From NCBI RefSeq assembly GCF_018977255.1, contig NW_024704742.1:120034001-120098000 (forward strand): a stretch of DNA of 64,000 bases, given 5' to 3'. A program made the position numbers and the translations under genes. Below the pieces are notes generated by a model. It was not told where the DNA came from and did not search any database. It saw nothing but the letters and a program-made list of their open reading frames with translations. Below are positions 12,387-24,379 of the stretch, piece by piece (the stretch's first letter is position 1; each line of letters starts with the position of its first letter). Source of the DNA: Callorhinchus milii (Eukaryota).

Positions 12387-13495
12387 CTACGGGTTTTGCC
12401 CTGAGGTGGGGTTCCCTGAACTTTTGCTCCTCCTGCTGTCTGTGTCAACCAAGACCTTTTGTGGGGTTTGATGTACGCATTTAATTTTGTGGGTTGTTGT
12501 TGTGGATGTCCCTGTCCTGTTAGTATCTATCCTCTTGGGGTTTGCTGGGTACCTACACATGCCACATTGTGTCTTCCCAAAGCTTTTAGTATTTTGCTTT
12601 TTCAATTTACTGCTGACTAACCAATCTTTAATATTCCTATTCCTATATGCTGACACAATTCTGTAGCCGCACACCCCCCAACCCTATTGGTGACCTCCCT
12701 TTTTAGTCACTCAAACATGTCTTTCACTCGTCTGTTAATCTGCCTTGTGTGGTCTAAGTACGTGGTTATAAGTGCTATAATTTTTCCGGCTTCTGGTTGG
12801 GCCCATGGGGGTGCCAGGTTCCTAAGGAATTTGGACTTGATTCCCCTGAGGACTCGTTTAGTGTAACCCCCTCTGTCTAACTGCTGTAAACAGTGTTGTG
12901 GTTGCCCTCAAATCCTCCCAATTTGAGCAAATTCGGTGGAATGGTGTTAGGTGGGATTTGATCAGGCCCCGGAAGGTGTGTTGCGGGTGGTAGCTTTTAG
13001 TGTGTAGTAGCGCGCGTGTGTCCATTTCCTTAAAGTATACTTTTGTACCTAGTTTGTGGTTGTCGTCTTCCCTTTTGTACACTGTGGTGTCCAGGAAGTT
13101 TATCCTATATTTATCTGTTACTGCCTTTACTTTAATAGAGCGGTGGTGGTTGTTTAATATGTTCATAAATTCCTGGAAATATGTGTCTGTGTCCATACGT
13201 CAAATATTTTGTCCAGGTACCTGTGATAAGAAATTGGGAGCTTGGAGTAGTTCTGGAGAACATTATTCTCTCATTCCGCCATATAAATGTTTGCATAGGC
13301 CGGGGCAAATTTTTGCCATCGCCGTGCCCTTCACCTGAAGATAGAAATCCCCATCAAACTCAAAGTCATTTGTGGTGAGGCCCAGTTTCAGTCATTTTAT
13401 CAGCTGGTCTTACTCGGTCTGGATATTGTGCCTGGGAGATGTTCACAATGTTCGTCCCCAGGCTCAGGTCCCGCTTTTCTGGAGCTCCTGTGCTT
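12387..13495 (-). mobile_element. Penelope-like element RT fragment (duplicate of 1575-2332 plus extra C-terminal part)
   Basis: ORF 12858-13196 is nearly identical to ORF 1548-2030. YRIVSAYRNRNIKDWLV linker. Confidence 0.85.
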
Positions 13496-13531
13496 CTTAC
13501 AACAACTACTACTACTTGGATTTATAGAGCG

Positions 13532-16500
13532 CAACAACAACAACAAGATTACATTTATAGAGCGCCTTTCACGTCGGGAGGACGTCCCAAAGCGATGGAC
13601 AGTTGCGTCAGGACCCGAGCAGGGGGGAAATGGTCAGGGGGAGGGAAGGGAGGGAGTGAGGAGGGGGGAAATGGTCAGGGGGCGAGGAGGGGTTAGAGTT
13701 GAGAGGGGAACTGAAGGCACGGTCAAAGAGAAAGGTCTTGAGACCGGCCTTGAAGGAGGAAAGGGAGGAGGCGGCGAAGGCACTGTGGGATAGAGTTCCA
13801 GAACCTCGGGGCTGAGAGGCCCGGCCACCGATGGTGGGGCGGGGGATGTGGAGCAGACCGGAGCCAGAGGAGCGGAGGGTGCGGGCAGGTAGATAGGGGG
13901 ATAGCAGGTCGAAGAGGTAGGAGGAAGCGAGGCCGTGAATGGCCTTGTAGATGAGGATCTTGAATTCGATCCTCTGGGGGATGGGGAGCCAGTGGAGGCG
14001 AGCGAGGGTGGGAGTGATGTGGTCCCGAAGCCTGGTGTGGGACAGTACACGAGCTGCAGAGTTCTGAATGACCTGCAGCTTGTGGAGGGAGGTGCCAGGA
14101 AGGCCGACGAGGAGAGAGTTCCCATAGTCCAGCCTTGAGGTGATAAAGGTGTGGACCAGTGTTTCAGCAGCGTGAGGGGTGAGGTAGTGCCGTAGTCTGG
14201 CGACATTCCGGAGGTGATGGCAGACGGTGCCAGTTGTGGCGCGGATATGAGGGAGAAAGGACAGCTCAGGGTCGAACAGAACCCCGAGGTTCCTGACTGT
14301 CTTTGAGAGGTGGAGAGTGCAGCCTTGGATGCTGATGCGGTCAGTGCCTGAGGTGCGGAGGCGCTGACGTGAGCCAATCAGAAGGGCCTCAGTTTTGCGC
14401 ACGTTGAGCTGAAGAAAGTTGTTTCTGGTCCAGGACTCTATGTCGGACAGGCAGGCTGTCAGGACATCGGTGGTCGTGGAGTTGAGGGTAGAGGAGGAAA
14501 GGTAGAGTTGGGTGTCATCCGCATACATGTGGAAGTTAACCCCATGTCTGCGGATGATGTCACCAAGGGGGAGCATATAGAGGGTGAAGAGGAGGGGACC
14601 GAGGACAGAGCCTTGAGGGACACCGCAAGAGACAGTGCGGGGGCCGGAGGAAAAACCATTTGTGGAGACAAAGTGAAGACAGTGGGAGAGGTACGACCTA
14701 AACCACTCAAGGACAGGACCTTGAAGTTTAGGTGGGAGGACAAGCGGTGGAGGAGGCTAGTGTGGTCGACCGTATCGAATGCTGCCGATAGGTCGAGGAG
14801 GCAAAGGGAGCCCTGGTCACAGATTGTCAGGATATCATTGGTGACCTTGACCAGGGCAGTTTCTGTGCTATGGGCAGCACGGAAACCCGACTGAAGGGGT
14901 TCGAATAGTGAATGGTTGGAGAGGAAAGAGCGCAGCTGGGAGGCGACAACTCGTTCCAGGACCTTGGACAGGAAGGGGAGGTTGGAGATGGGCCGGTAGC
15001 TTGATAGCTGCGACGCATCAAGGGAGGGTTTTTTCAAGGTGGGAGTGATGGTGGCAGTTTTTAAGGGAATGGGAACAGAGCCAGAGGAGAGGGACAGGTT
15101 GACGATGTCTGTGATATGTGGGGCAAGGAGGTGGAGCTGGGAGATAAGGAGTGGAGTGGGGATGGGGTCAAGGGAGCAGGTGGTGGTTTCAGGGATAGGA
15201 TGAGTTTGGTGACAGAGGGTGGGGAAACGGGTACGAAGGTGTGTAGGGGAGGATGGGTAGGAGTCGGAGTGTGGGAGGGAAGGGGTGGGGGTGGGTGGAA
15301 GTTGGAGGGGAAGTGACCGCGGAGCGAATTCCCTTGATTTTGGATTCAAGGAAATCCAGCATCTCCTCGCAGTGAAGGTTGGAGGAGATGACCTGCGCGG
15401 GGTGGCGGGGGGGACGGAGGAGTCGGGATGTGGTAGAGAACAGTAGCCTGGGGTTGTTCTTCGCCTCCAGGATTATTCTGGAGTAGAAGGACGATTTGGA
15501 GAGTGGAGCGGTAGATTTTGAGGAGGTCCAGCCAGATTTGTCGGTGAACCGTTAGGCCAGATTTGACCCAGGTGCGTTCAGCGGCCCGCACCTGGCTCTT
15601 CAGTGAGCGGAGGTGGGTGGTGAACCAGGGGGAGGAGCGAGAGTAGGAGACAGTACGGGAGGTGATGGGGGCAAGAGTGTCAAGTGTGGAGGAGAGGGTG
15701 TTGTGGAGGAGGGTGCGAGCATAAGAGGGGTCAGTGAGGGTTGAAGGCCAGAGGGAGAGGACTCCAAGGCAGCGGTTAGGGATTGTGGGGGTAACTTCGT
15801 CCAGAGGCGGTAGAAGATGGTGGTGGGTCTGGTGGCGGTGGGGAGGGGGGGTGGAGGTGGTGAAGGAGATGAAGTGGTGGTCGGAGACGGCCTTGTCGGT
15901 GATAGTGACATCCGAGACACTGAGGCCCCGGGTGATCACCAAGTCGAGTGGGTGGCTGTGACTGAGGTGGGGGAGTTGATGTGGAGGGAGAGGTTGAGTG
16001 GGGAAGAGAAATCTGAGGAGATTGAGCAGGAAGGGGTGAAGTGCAGGTTAAAGTCGCCCAGGATGATGAGGCGATCAGAGCAGAGGCAGAGAGATGTAAG
16101 AAGTGTTGAAATATCAGAGATGAAGAGGTTTTAGAAGCCGGTAGAGGAGGAGGATTTTAAGTGAGGAAGGAGGGGTGGGAGAGGCTGAGGTGCTCAAAAG
16201 AGGGGAAAGAGCCAGAGGAGTAGGGGGATAGGGCAAGTGGTGTCCTTGAGATAAGGGCAACACCACCGCCACGGCGGTTGGGGTGAGGGATGTGGTGGGA
16301 GGTGTAGCCGGGTGGTGTGGCCTCCGTGAGGGGGAAGGTGTCGCCTGGGGTGAGCCAGGTTTCCGTTAAGGCCATGATATCAACGTTCTCATCAAGGATG
16401 AGATCGTTGATGACCAGGGCCTTGTTACAGAGGGAGCGGACGTTTTGTAGTCCGATGTGGAGGGAGCGGTTGACAGAAGGGTGTGTGGGAGGGGCGGGGG

Positions 16501-17314
16501 GTCGAGGTTGTGAGGCAGGGGTGGGGGAATGGGGATAAGGGAGGAGAGGTTGGCTCCCCGGGTCTGTGTCCGGGGTGGCTGGTGAGTGTGGTGGGGAATG
16601 GGGCAGTCGGTGTGGCTGCTGCTGGACAGCCAACGCCGAGTGCCACGGTGAGCCCGGCGGAGGATTCCCAGGCTGGTACAGAGGGAGGTTGTGGGAGGGT
16701 CAAGTGGGGATAGAAGGCGAGAGGGACGGAGAGTGAGGAGGACAGAGAGGGAGAGATGCAGAGGGGGGAGGAGGGAGGGAGGGGGTGAGGAGGCTCGGGT
16801 CATAGCGGCAGCCATAGTTCGCATGCGGGGACCTGGAGCGAGCGGTCAGGTGGATGGAAACATTATCCCATAGGATGGGGCTGGGGCAGCCAACCCAACA
16901 GGACCATGGTGGGTTCTGGTGTGAGCCTGGGGGTGGGCGCAGAGGTTTTCTTTTTTTTTGTTTGTTTTTGCACGCGCAGACTTCTGAAAACTATGACGTC
17001 AGCGTTTCCCCCGCTCCGCCCCCACCCGTTCCCTCCTCAGTCCCACACCCCCTAGCTGCACTCCCTGCCGCCGCGACCTTAAATACCTGGGTAGGTAGGC
17101 CCAGGCTCCTCGCCGCGCTGTCCTGGCGCCGCTCCCCATGTGGCTGCACTTCCTGCCGCCGCGACCTTAAATACCTGGGTAGGTAGGCCCAGGCTCCTCG
17201 CTGCGCTGTCCTGGTGCCACTCCCCGTCTGGCTGCACTCCCTGCCGCGTCGAGTTTAAATACCTGGGTAGGTAGGCCCAGGCTCCTCCCCGCGCTGTCCT
17301 GGCGCCGCTCCCCG
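13532..17314 (-). mobile_element. L2 family A, full length with triplicated 5' end
   Basis: Tail at 13532. RT ORFs 13608-14576 and 14459-15349, endonuclease 16157-16633, GC-rich 5' UTR. Confidence 0.95.
17055..17314. repeat. 3 x 88-bp tandem repeat at the L2 5' end
   Basis: Units start at 17055, 17143 and 17231 (gctgcactccctgccg...ttaaatacctgggtaggtaggcccaggctcctc). Confidence 0.9.
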
Positions 17315-17316
17315 TC

Positions 17317-18158
17317 AGGTGGGTTTGGAGATGGTCCTGGATTTCAGGGGGACGAGGGAGTTGAAGGTAGAGGAGAGGCGATCATGGAGCAGCTGGACAG
17401 CTGCTTCAGGATCTCTGTGGGTGGTAGGTCAGAGGGATAGGATATTTGATGTGAGGGTCTCAGGGGGTAGCCTTTTCCATGTGTCGTAGAGAATAGTTGA
17501 GGGCTTGGTGGAGGAAAGAGGGATGTGAGAGGAGAAGGAGCTGAGGAAATGGTCCGAGATGGCCTTGTCATTCTCAGTTTGAATGTCTGGACCAGTGTTT
17601 GATCATGGTCTGGGCTGCGTCCTTAATCCAATGAATTTTGTTGATTCTATCTTGTTTGACTCTAAACTGACTGGGATTGCCGGGATGCCCTCTTGTTTAT
17701 TCACAATAAATTTGTTAATTTCCTTTCTATCCAAGTTCTGGCTAAAATTAATTTCAGTGACCTGAATTTGGACATTGGGGAACCTTAGCCTTGCTCTCTT
17801 TATTAAGGCCTGCAGTTGTTTAATTGCAGTCTTTGGCTGCCCGACTATGGTTATGGATTCCAAGTGAGACTATGACTTTCCAGGTTTCCCGGAAGGGCTG
17901 TGTCCTGCTTAATAAGTTATTCACATAATGGAAATTTGCCTCTGGAAAAGCCTCCACTTGTGTGTCCTTATTGGGACCAAACACTATCTTTGAAAGGTTT
18001 TTCATAGAATGTTACGGCACAGAAGGAGGCCATTCGGCCCAAAAAGTCTGTGCCAGCTCTTTTACAGAGCAAGTCACTTTCACTAACCCCAAGAAAAAAA
18101 ATATTCTAACCTCCCCTCTGCTTCTTTTGGTAGCTATCTTAAGACTGTGACCATGGGT
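17317..18158 (-). repeat. Segmental duplicate of 4407-5395 (L2-B piece + PLE SGNH piece + CR1 tail)
   Basis: Same junctions and near-identical ORFs (17603-17863 vs 4697-4957). The CR1 part has a deletion of about 140 bp. Confidence 0.92.
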
Positions 18159-18269
18159 ATTTCCCACTCTCACCCAATTCCTTCTCACTCTGGCCTCGCC
18201 TCACTCCGGATGTAGCTCACTCTGGGCTCTCTGCTCGAGAGCGCCTCATCTGGTCTTCCTGGGTCTCGG

Positions 18270-18550
18270 TATTAGGCCAGGGTGTTTTTAATAGCCTGCA
18301 TGCCCCTCTCTGTCTCTTTGTTTGTGTACAGGGTTTCTACATCAATCGTGGCATCGGGGGTAATTTTCATTGCCTTAATCAGCTCTACGAAATGGTAGGT
18401 GTCTTTAAAGTAACTGGGGTGTTTGCACGATAGGGGCTTCAGGAAATAATCTATATATTCTGCTACTCAATAAGACTCGCTGCCACAGTCAGACACAATG
18501 GGTCTGCCCGGTGGTACTTCCCCGGTCACTGTCCAGGAATCTGGGTTCTG
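18270..18550 (-). mobile_element. Penelope-like RT N-terminal fragment
   Basis: Minus frame reads VPPGRPIVSDCGSES...YIDYFLKPLSCKHPSYFKDTYHF...DVETLYTN. Confidence 0.8.
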
Positions 18551-20589
18551 ACAGACCATTATCTAACCCCTCTTACTTCCCCTTAGATATATAACCTCAC
18601 ACCTACTTCCCCCTCTGCACCTAATTCCCACTCTCACCCAATACCTTCTCACTCTGGCCTCGCCTCATTCCGGGCAGGGAGGAAGCATGGTCAGGGTGAG
18701 AGGATGGAAGGAGGGAGCGTGGAGGGTAGAGAGTCGAGAGTCGTGAGGGGAGGTGAAAGCATGGTTGAAGAGAAAGGTCTTGAGACCGGCCTTGAAGGAG
18801 GAAAGGGAGGAAGCAAGGCGAAGGCACTGGAGGATGGAGTTCCAGAGCCTAGGGGCTGAGAGGCTGAAAGCCCGGCCTCCGATGTTAGGGCAGGGGATGT
18901 GAAGCAGACCGGAGCCAGAGGAACGGAGGGTACGGGCAGTTAAGTAGGAGGATAGTAGGTCGGAGAGGTAGGAGGGTGCAAGGCTGTGAATGGCCTTGAA
19001 GGTGAGGATGAGGATCTTGAATTCGATCCTCTGGTGGATGGGGAGCCAGTGGAGGCGAGCGAGGGTGGGAGTGATGTGGTCCCGAAGCCTGGTGCGGGAC
19101 AGTACATGAGCTGCAGAGTTCTGAATGACCTGCAGCTTATGGAGGGAGGTGCCGGGAAAGCCGACGAGGAGAGTGTTCCCGTAGTCCAGCCTTGAGGTGA
19201 TAAAGGCGTGGACCAGTGTTTCAGCAGTGTGAGGGATGGGGTAGTGCCTTAGTCTGGCAATGTTTCGGAGGTGATGGGAGGTGGTGCCAGTTGTGGCACG
19301 GATGTGGGGAAGAAAGGACGGCTCAGGGTCGAACAGAACACCGAGGTTCCTGACTGACTTTGAGAGGTGGAGAGTGCAGCCTTGGATGCTGATGCTGTCA
19401 GCGCCTGAGGTGCGGAGGCGCTGACGTGAGCCAATCAGGAGGGCTTCAGTTTTGCGCACGTTGAGCTGAAGAAAGTTGTCTCTCGTCCAGGACTCGATGT
19501 CGGACAGGCAGGCTGTCAGGACATCGGTGGTCGTGGAGTTGAGGGTAGAGGAGGAAAGGTAGAGTTGGATGTCATCCGCATACATGTAGAAGGTAACCCC
19601 ATGTCTGCGGATGATGTCACCAAGGGGGAGCATATAGGGAGGGGACAGAGTCCTGAGGGACACCGCACGAGACAGTGCGGGGGCTGAAGGAAAAGCCGTT
19701 TGCAGAGACCAAATGAAGACAGTGGGAGAGGTCGGACCTAAACCACTCAAGGACAGGGCCTTGAAGGTTGAGGTGGGAGGAGAAGCGGTGGAGGAGGATA
19801 GAGTGGTCGACCGTATCGAATGCGGCCGATAGGTTGAGGAGGCAGAGGGAGCCCTGGTCGCAGATGGTCAAGATGTCATTAGTGACCTTGACCAGGGCGG
19901 TTTCTGTGCTATGGGCAGCATGGAAACCCGACTGGAGGGGTTCAAAAAGTGAATGGATGGAGAGGGAAGAGCGCAGCTGGGAGGTGACGACTCTTTCGAG
20001 AACCTTGGACAGCAAGGGAAGGTTGGAGATGGGCCGGTAGCTTGATAGCTGCGACGCATCAAGGGAGGGTTTTTTGAAAGTGGGAGTTGTCGAACCCAGT
20101 TGCGATATGCCATTGCTCTTGATGACCTGAAGCTCAACACGGAGTCAGTGCGGCATTTATTTAACAAGCTTTATTTCACATATATATATATATAGGGTGC
20201 AGGGCAGTAGCAACAACTTTCTTCTCGTGCTGCTCCCTACTCTGCACACCAAATAGGTTAAAACATCTCATCTTTATACAGATCTCATTCAACAGTTCTG
20301 AGGAGACATTCTACATTGATTACTTTACAACGTCCTGTCTTGCAAGAGCTCTCGAGAAACATCACAAGGGTGTTAGATCTGTTTTAGGTCAACATGAGAT
20401 AGTCACCTTATCTTTCAATAGTCACCTTACCTTTCAATAGGTTGTTGTAAAGTTTTACAACAACATGCTTGATCTTACTTGCTCCTTTTGGCCTTTGATG
20501 CATGTGGCCTGCTTAATTGCTAACTTTGCACCAAAAGGCAGAATGTGCTGAATTTGCCTTCCACACTCCTCCCTTTTATCCCTGGGATA

Positions 20590-22470
20590 ACCCTACCATG
20601 CTTTAGCCCTCAAGGGTACTGCTTTCAGCTTTTGCAACACTGTGTGCAACACGTCAGGGCACACTTAGTGACGATAATAATAAGAACAAGAATTAGGCCT
20701 ATTTCCAATAGAACCTGGACCGCACTGCCCAACCATCCTAGCCCCATACTTTGCAACCAATTACCCAGCCAATCCAATAATCCTCCTCCAGAATGTATAA
20801 TGATATTACCCGTATCCTGCCCCGTTTGGTTGATCTCTCTGGTAATATTCGAGATAGAACCAGAAAAATCATCAATTGTTATGCAGCACTCAGGTCCGAT
20901 GACCTTGCACACTCCTCCCGTCGCAGCCAAAACATAATCGAGGGCCATACGGTTCTGCATGGCATATAGACAAATCTCAGACATCTCCTTGTTAACGAGA
21001 GCCAATGCCGCAGATGTTTCAGAGGCCAATGAAGAGACTGCTTGAGAGAGAATGGCAATCTGGTCAAGGGTGCACATTACTCCGTAATTAGGGAGAAGAG
21101 CCCCGAGCATGCGATTCCACAGAGTCTGAGAGTGGGTGTAAAAAGGGTCGGCTCTACGAGAGTGATGAATCTGGCGGGGAGGGAGTAGGTTGGAATTATT
21201 CAGAACTTGTGGGGCCAGAGCAGAAGGCAGGGGATTGGTTAAACGAATCATGGGAAAATAGTGAGAGAGAGCACATCTCCCCATGAAATTTGCCTCCCCA
21301 TGAAATTTGCCGGTAAGTACGCATAGACAGTGGAATTACATACCCAATAGAAGCCTTATGAATTGGGGAAATGGCACAGCGCTGATTAACGGAGTATGTT
21401 AACATCCTGCGAATGTGTAACGGTAAAGCGATCTGGCAATCCCCGAAATTGGATGGGGGAACAGCCACCGCAGCATAAGGATATGTGGTGTTACAAAGGT
21501 GGGAATCCAGAAACCCCCAGTGGTTCAGTCCCAGAAAAGGACTCTACGCAGAACGAAAAACCCGCATAAACTGTAGTGGCAGTGCCAATCGTAGGGGGCT
21601 TGCCGCAGTCACGATTACACGCTTGTGGCTTCCAGGATTGGCGAGCACACTGCAATTCCTGTAGTTCTGAGTGTAACGGGGAACAAGATGGGTCTTGTGG
21701 TACTTGCAGGTAAAAAAGGGAACAAAGCTCACAAGTAGTCAAAGGGAAAGCCATCATAGGGTACTCCACCTGGACTGACGGTGGGGATAACCCACACACA
21801 TGATGCTGGGTTTTAGTTTTATGCAGACTTACGGTCTGGAGCATCTGAATGTAAACATTCTGTAAGCGGAAAGGCTGGGGAGAATCCGCTGATAAAGAGT
21901 CTCCAAACAAACGTAAGCGTGCAAAAGCAAGGGGATACATATCTGAAAAAGGGACATCACGAGGAGGTGGAACCAGTGTGGAAGGCAAATGGGACTCAGC
22001 TAGACCCTTGCGCCAGCCCTGAGGAAGTTCGACATAAATTCTAGTCCCATAGGAACCAGGGCGTAAAAACACAAAACTGGGTTTTGTTGGAAAACTGGGC
22101 GTGCTCAGTGGAATATAAACGAGATTTGGTAAAAGTACATTCATAATAAATGGAGCAGTCACACATTACCATGGAATTATTATGGACGGATTTACATTGA
22201 CCAGAATCCGCAGGACAATTCAAATCGTCAGAGTATGAAGTATCCTGAGTATTTTGTAACAAAAAATGAGCATTAAACACGGGAGATCGCTCCTCAAGGG
22301 GTACATCAGTATAACAAATGGCGGATGAACAGGGCTCAGACTGGTCATCGGATATGATGAGGTCTCAGTTTAAAGATATTAGGAGTTGGTAGACACCCTC
22401 TCCTGGGATAAGAGAGTAAACATGACAACATAGCAAGAACAATAAAACGCACACAGAAAACAGCTTCATA
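20590..22470 (-). pseudogene. env: ERV-A env (frameshifted)
   Basis: ORF 20625-21284 has the ISD MQNRMALDYVLA, CKVIGPECC (CX6CC) and a TM helix. SU is broken into ORFs 21491-22162 and 22041-22280. Confidence 0.9.
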
Positions 22471-22650
22471 ATGACACAAAGTCCGTTCAAAAAAAAAAAC
22501 GAGGTGACAATCGTTAGGCCTTTTCGCAGTCGCTGGAGTTCGTCGTGGCTTGCTTGCAGTGGCTAGCGTGAATCCATGTAGATCTTTCTCGAACCTTTAC
22601 AGCGGTGTGGGTCACCAATAGAATTTGGAATAGTCCTTCCCAGCGCGGGC

Positions 22651-23550
22651 TTAGTCCGTTCTTACGTTTGAAGGTCTTGATGTAAACAAAATCTCCTGGC
22701 TGAAACTTGTGGCATTGATCAGATGCCGATGGATGTTGGAGCGCTTGATTGAACCTGCAAATTGAACCTGCAAATTAAAGCTAGATAGGGTTTTAGTTAA
22801 CGCAATGTAGTATTGCATCATCCCTTCCTCGAGGGCATGCACATCAGGCAATGGTTCAATGTGTGCGGAGAAAACCATGGGCATCCTCCTTCCGAAAATG
22901 ATCTCATGAGGAGACAGTTTACTTTTTGTATTTGAATGGTTCCTCATTTGCATCAAGGCTAATGGCAAGACTGTTACCCAATTTAATTTTGTCTGCTCAG
23001 ACAGTTTGGACAATTTCAACTTTAGCGTCCCATTAGCCCTTTCAACAGCCCCTGCAGACTGGGGATGATATGCACAATGCAGATACTGTTTTATTTGCAA
23101 CATTTTGCAAATGTCCTTTATTACCGTGGCAATAAAGTGAGGACCATTATCGGAGGAAAGGCGAGATGGTACGCCAAATCGAGGAAGGATGTCTCTTAAC
23201 AATATTTTGGCCGTTGTCGTGGCATCATTCTTCCTACAAGGAAAAGCTTCAATCCACTTTGAAAACATGTCTACAATAACCCGAACATATTGATACCCTT
23301 CAGCTTTAGGTAACTGAATAAAGTCCATTTGGAGGTGCTCGAAGGGACCCTGAGGGGGAGGATGGGACGCCGGAGTCACATCCTCAACCTTGCCTGGGTT
23401 AAATTTTTGGCATATTAGACAACATTTTACAACCTGCTGGAGGAAAGGGGTTAATCCTGGGGCAAACCATGACTTCGTTATCCAACTATACATGGACTGC
23501 GTTCCCTCATGGATAAAATTATGCAACACATGTGCCATCCATGGGAACAT
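22651..23550 (-). CDS. pol: ERV-A integrase (zinc-binding region + DDE core)
   Basis: H...CLICQK, HLQMDF, RLSSDNGPHF, HPQSAGAVERANGTLK. Confidence 0.9.
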   Translation of the reverse strand: MFPWMAHVLHNFIHEGTQSMYSWITKSWFAPGLTPFLQQVVKCCLICQKFNPGKVEDVTPASHPPPQGPFEHLQMDFIQLPKAEGYQYVRVIVDMFSKWIEAFPCRKNDATTTAKILLRDILPRFGVPSRLSSDNGPHFIATVIKDICKMLQIKQYLHCAYHPQSAGAVERANGTLKLKLSKLSEQTKLNWVTVLPLALMQMRNHSNTKSKLSPHEIIFGRRMPMVFSAHIEPLPDVHALEEGMMQYYIALTKTLSSFNLQVQFAGSIKRSNIHRHLINATSFSQEILFTSRPSNVRTD

Positions 23551-23804
23551 TTGCTGGGGCAGGACTACTTTTAATTCGTTCGAGACCCAAATCCCTACGT
23601 CGTAAGCCGCTGGAGTCCCTTATCGCCCTTTTTAGCCGAGCTAAATGATTGTCCCATGGTATAGTTTAACAACGAAACAAGTGGTTGCCCCAACACAGTC
23701 AAAATACAAGCAATTATCTATTTCTATTTTCAACGGCCGATTCCTTATGCATGCAAGACTATCTTACTTAAGACATCTAACTTAACAATTACAACTTATA
23801 ATAT

Positions 23805-24073
23805 TAGGGACTCAAACCCGTAGTCGACTTAATGTTAGGGACTCGAACCCGTAGTCTACTTAACCTTAGGGACTCGAACCCATAGTCTACTTAACCTTAG
23901 GGACTCGAACCCGTAGTCTAGTTAACCTCAATCCTAGGGACTCGAACCCTTAGTTTAACAACCTTAATATTAAACCACCTTAATATTAAACCACCTTAAT
24001 ATTAAACCACCTTAATATTAAACCACCTTAATATTAAACATCCTTAATATTAAACAACCTTAATATTAAACAA
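23805..24073. repeat. Two tandem arrays in the ERV-A leader: 5 x ~31 bp and 7 x 16 bp
   Basis: tagggactcgaacccgtagtctacttaacct units at 23805, 23836, 23867, 23898, 23935; ccttaatattaaacca units at 23962-24073. Confidence 0.9.
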
Positions 24074-24361
24074 CTGATCGGAGTTATAACTTTATCTGTG
24101 TCGGGCGGAAACACCAGCGGCCGACTTCCCTGAAGACGTCTTATCCATGTACTATACCTTATAGTACTAAACCGCCTGAAATTTTTTAGGTCTAACAAAT
24201 CGCAAATTTTGCACCTTAGATCGAAGAGGCTGGGAACGTTCGGCAACCGCATCTCAACAATGCATCGGACACAAACAATGGTAAGAATGCTTACCTGTGC
24301 ACGATGTTTGTGCCGATAGCTGCAGAGTCGTAGGAAGCCGAAGGGGAAACCCAGTCTTTTG

Positions 24362-24379
24362 ATCTCGGTGGAACCTCCA
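24362..24379 (-). promoter_or_regulatory. Primer-binding site, tRNA-Gln
   Basis: Minus strand TGGAGGTTCCACCGAGAT, complementary to the tRNA-Gln 3' end, 3 nt inside the 5' LTR boundary. Confidence 0.9.

Noticed and set aside
20590..22470. Domesticated syncytin-like env
   Set aside because: The env is split by frameshifts (including a 17-bp duplication near 21280). The ERV-B and ERV-C envs are also broken.
23805..24073. CRISPR-like array
   Set aside because: The units are tandem with no unique spacers, lie in an ERV leader in eukaryotic DNA, and there are no cas genes.
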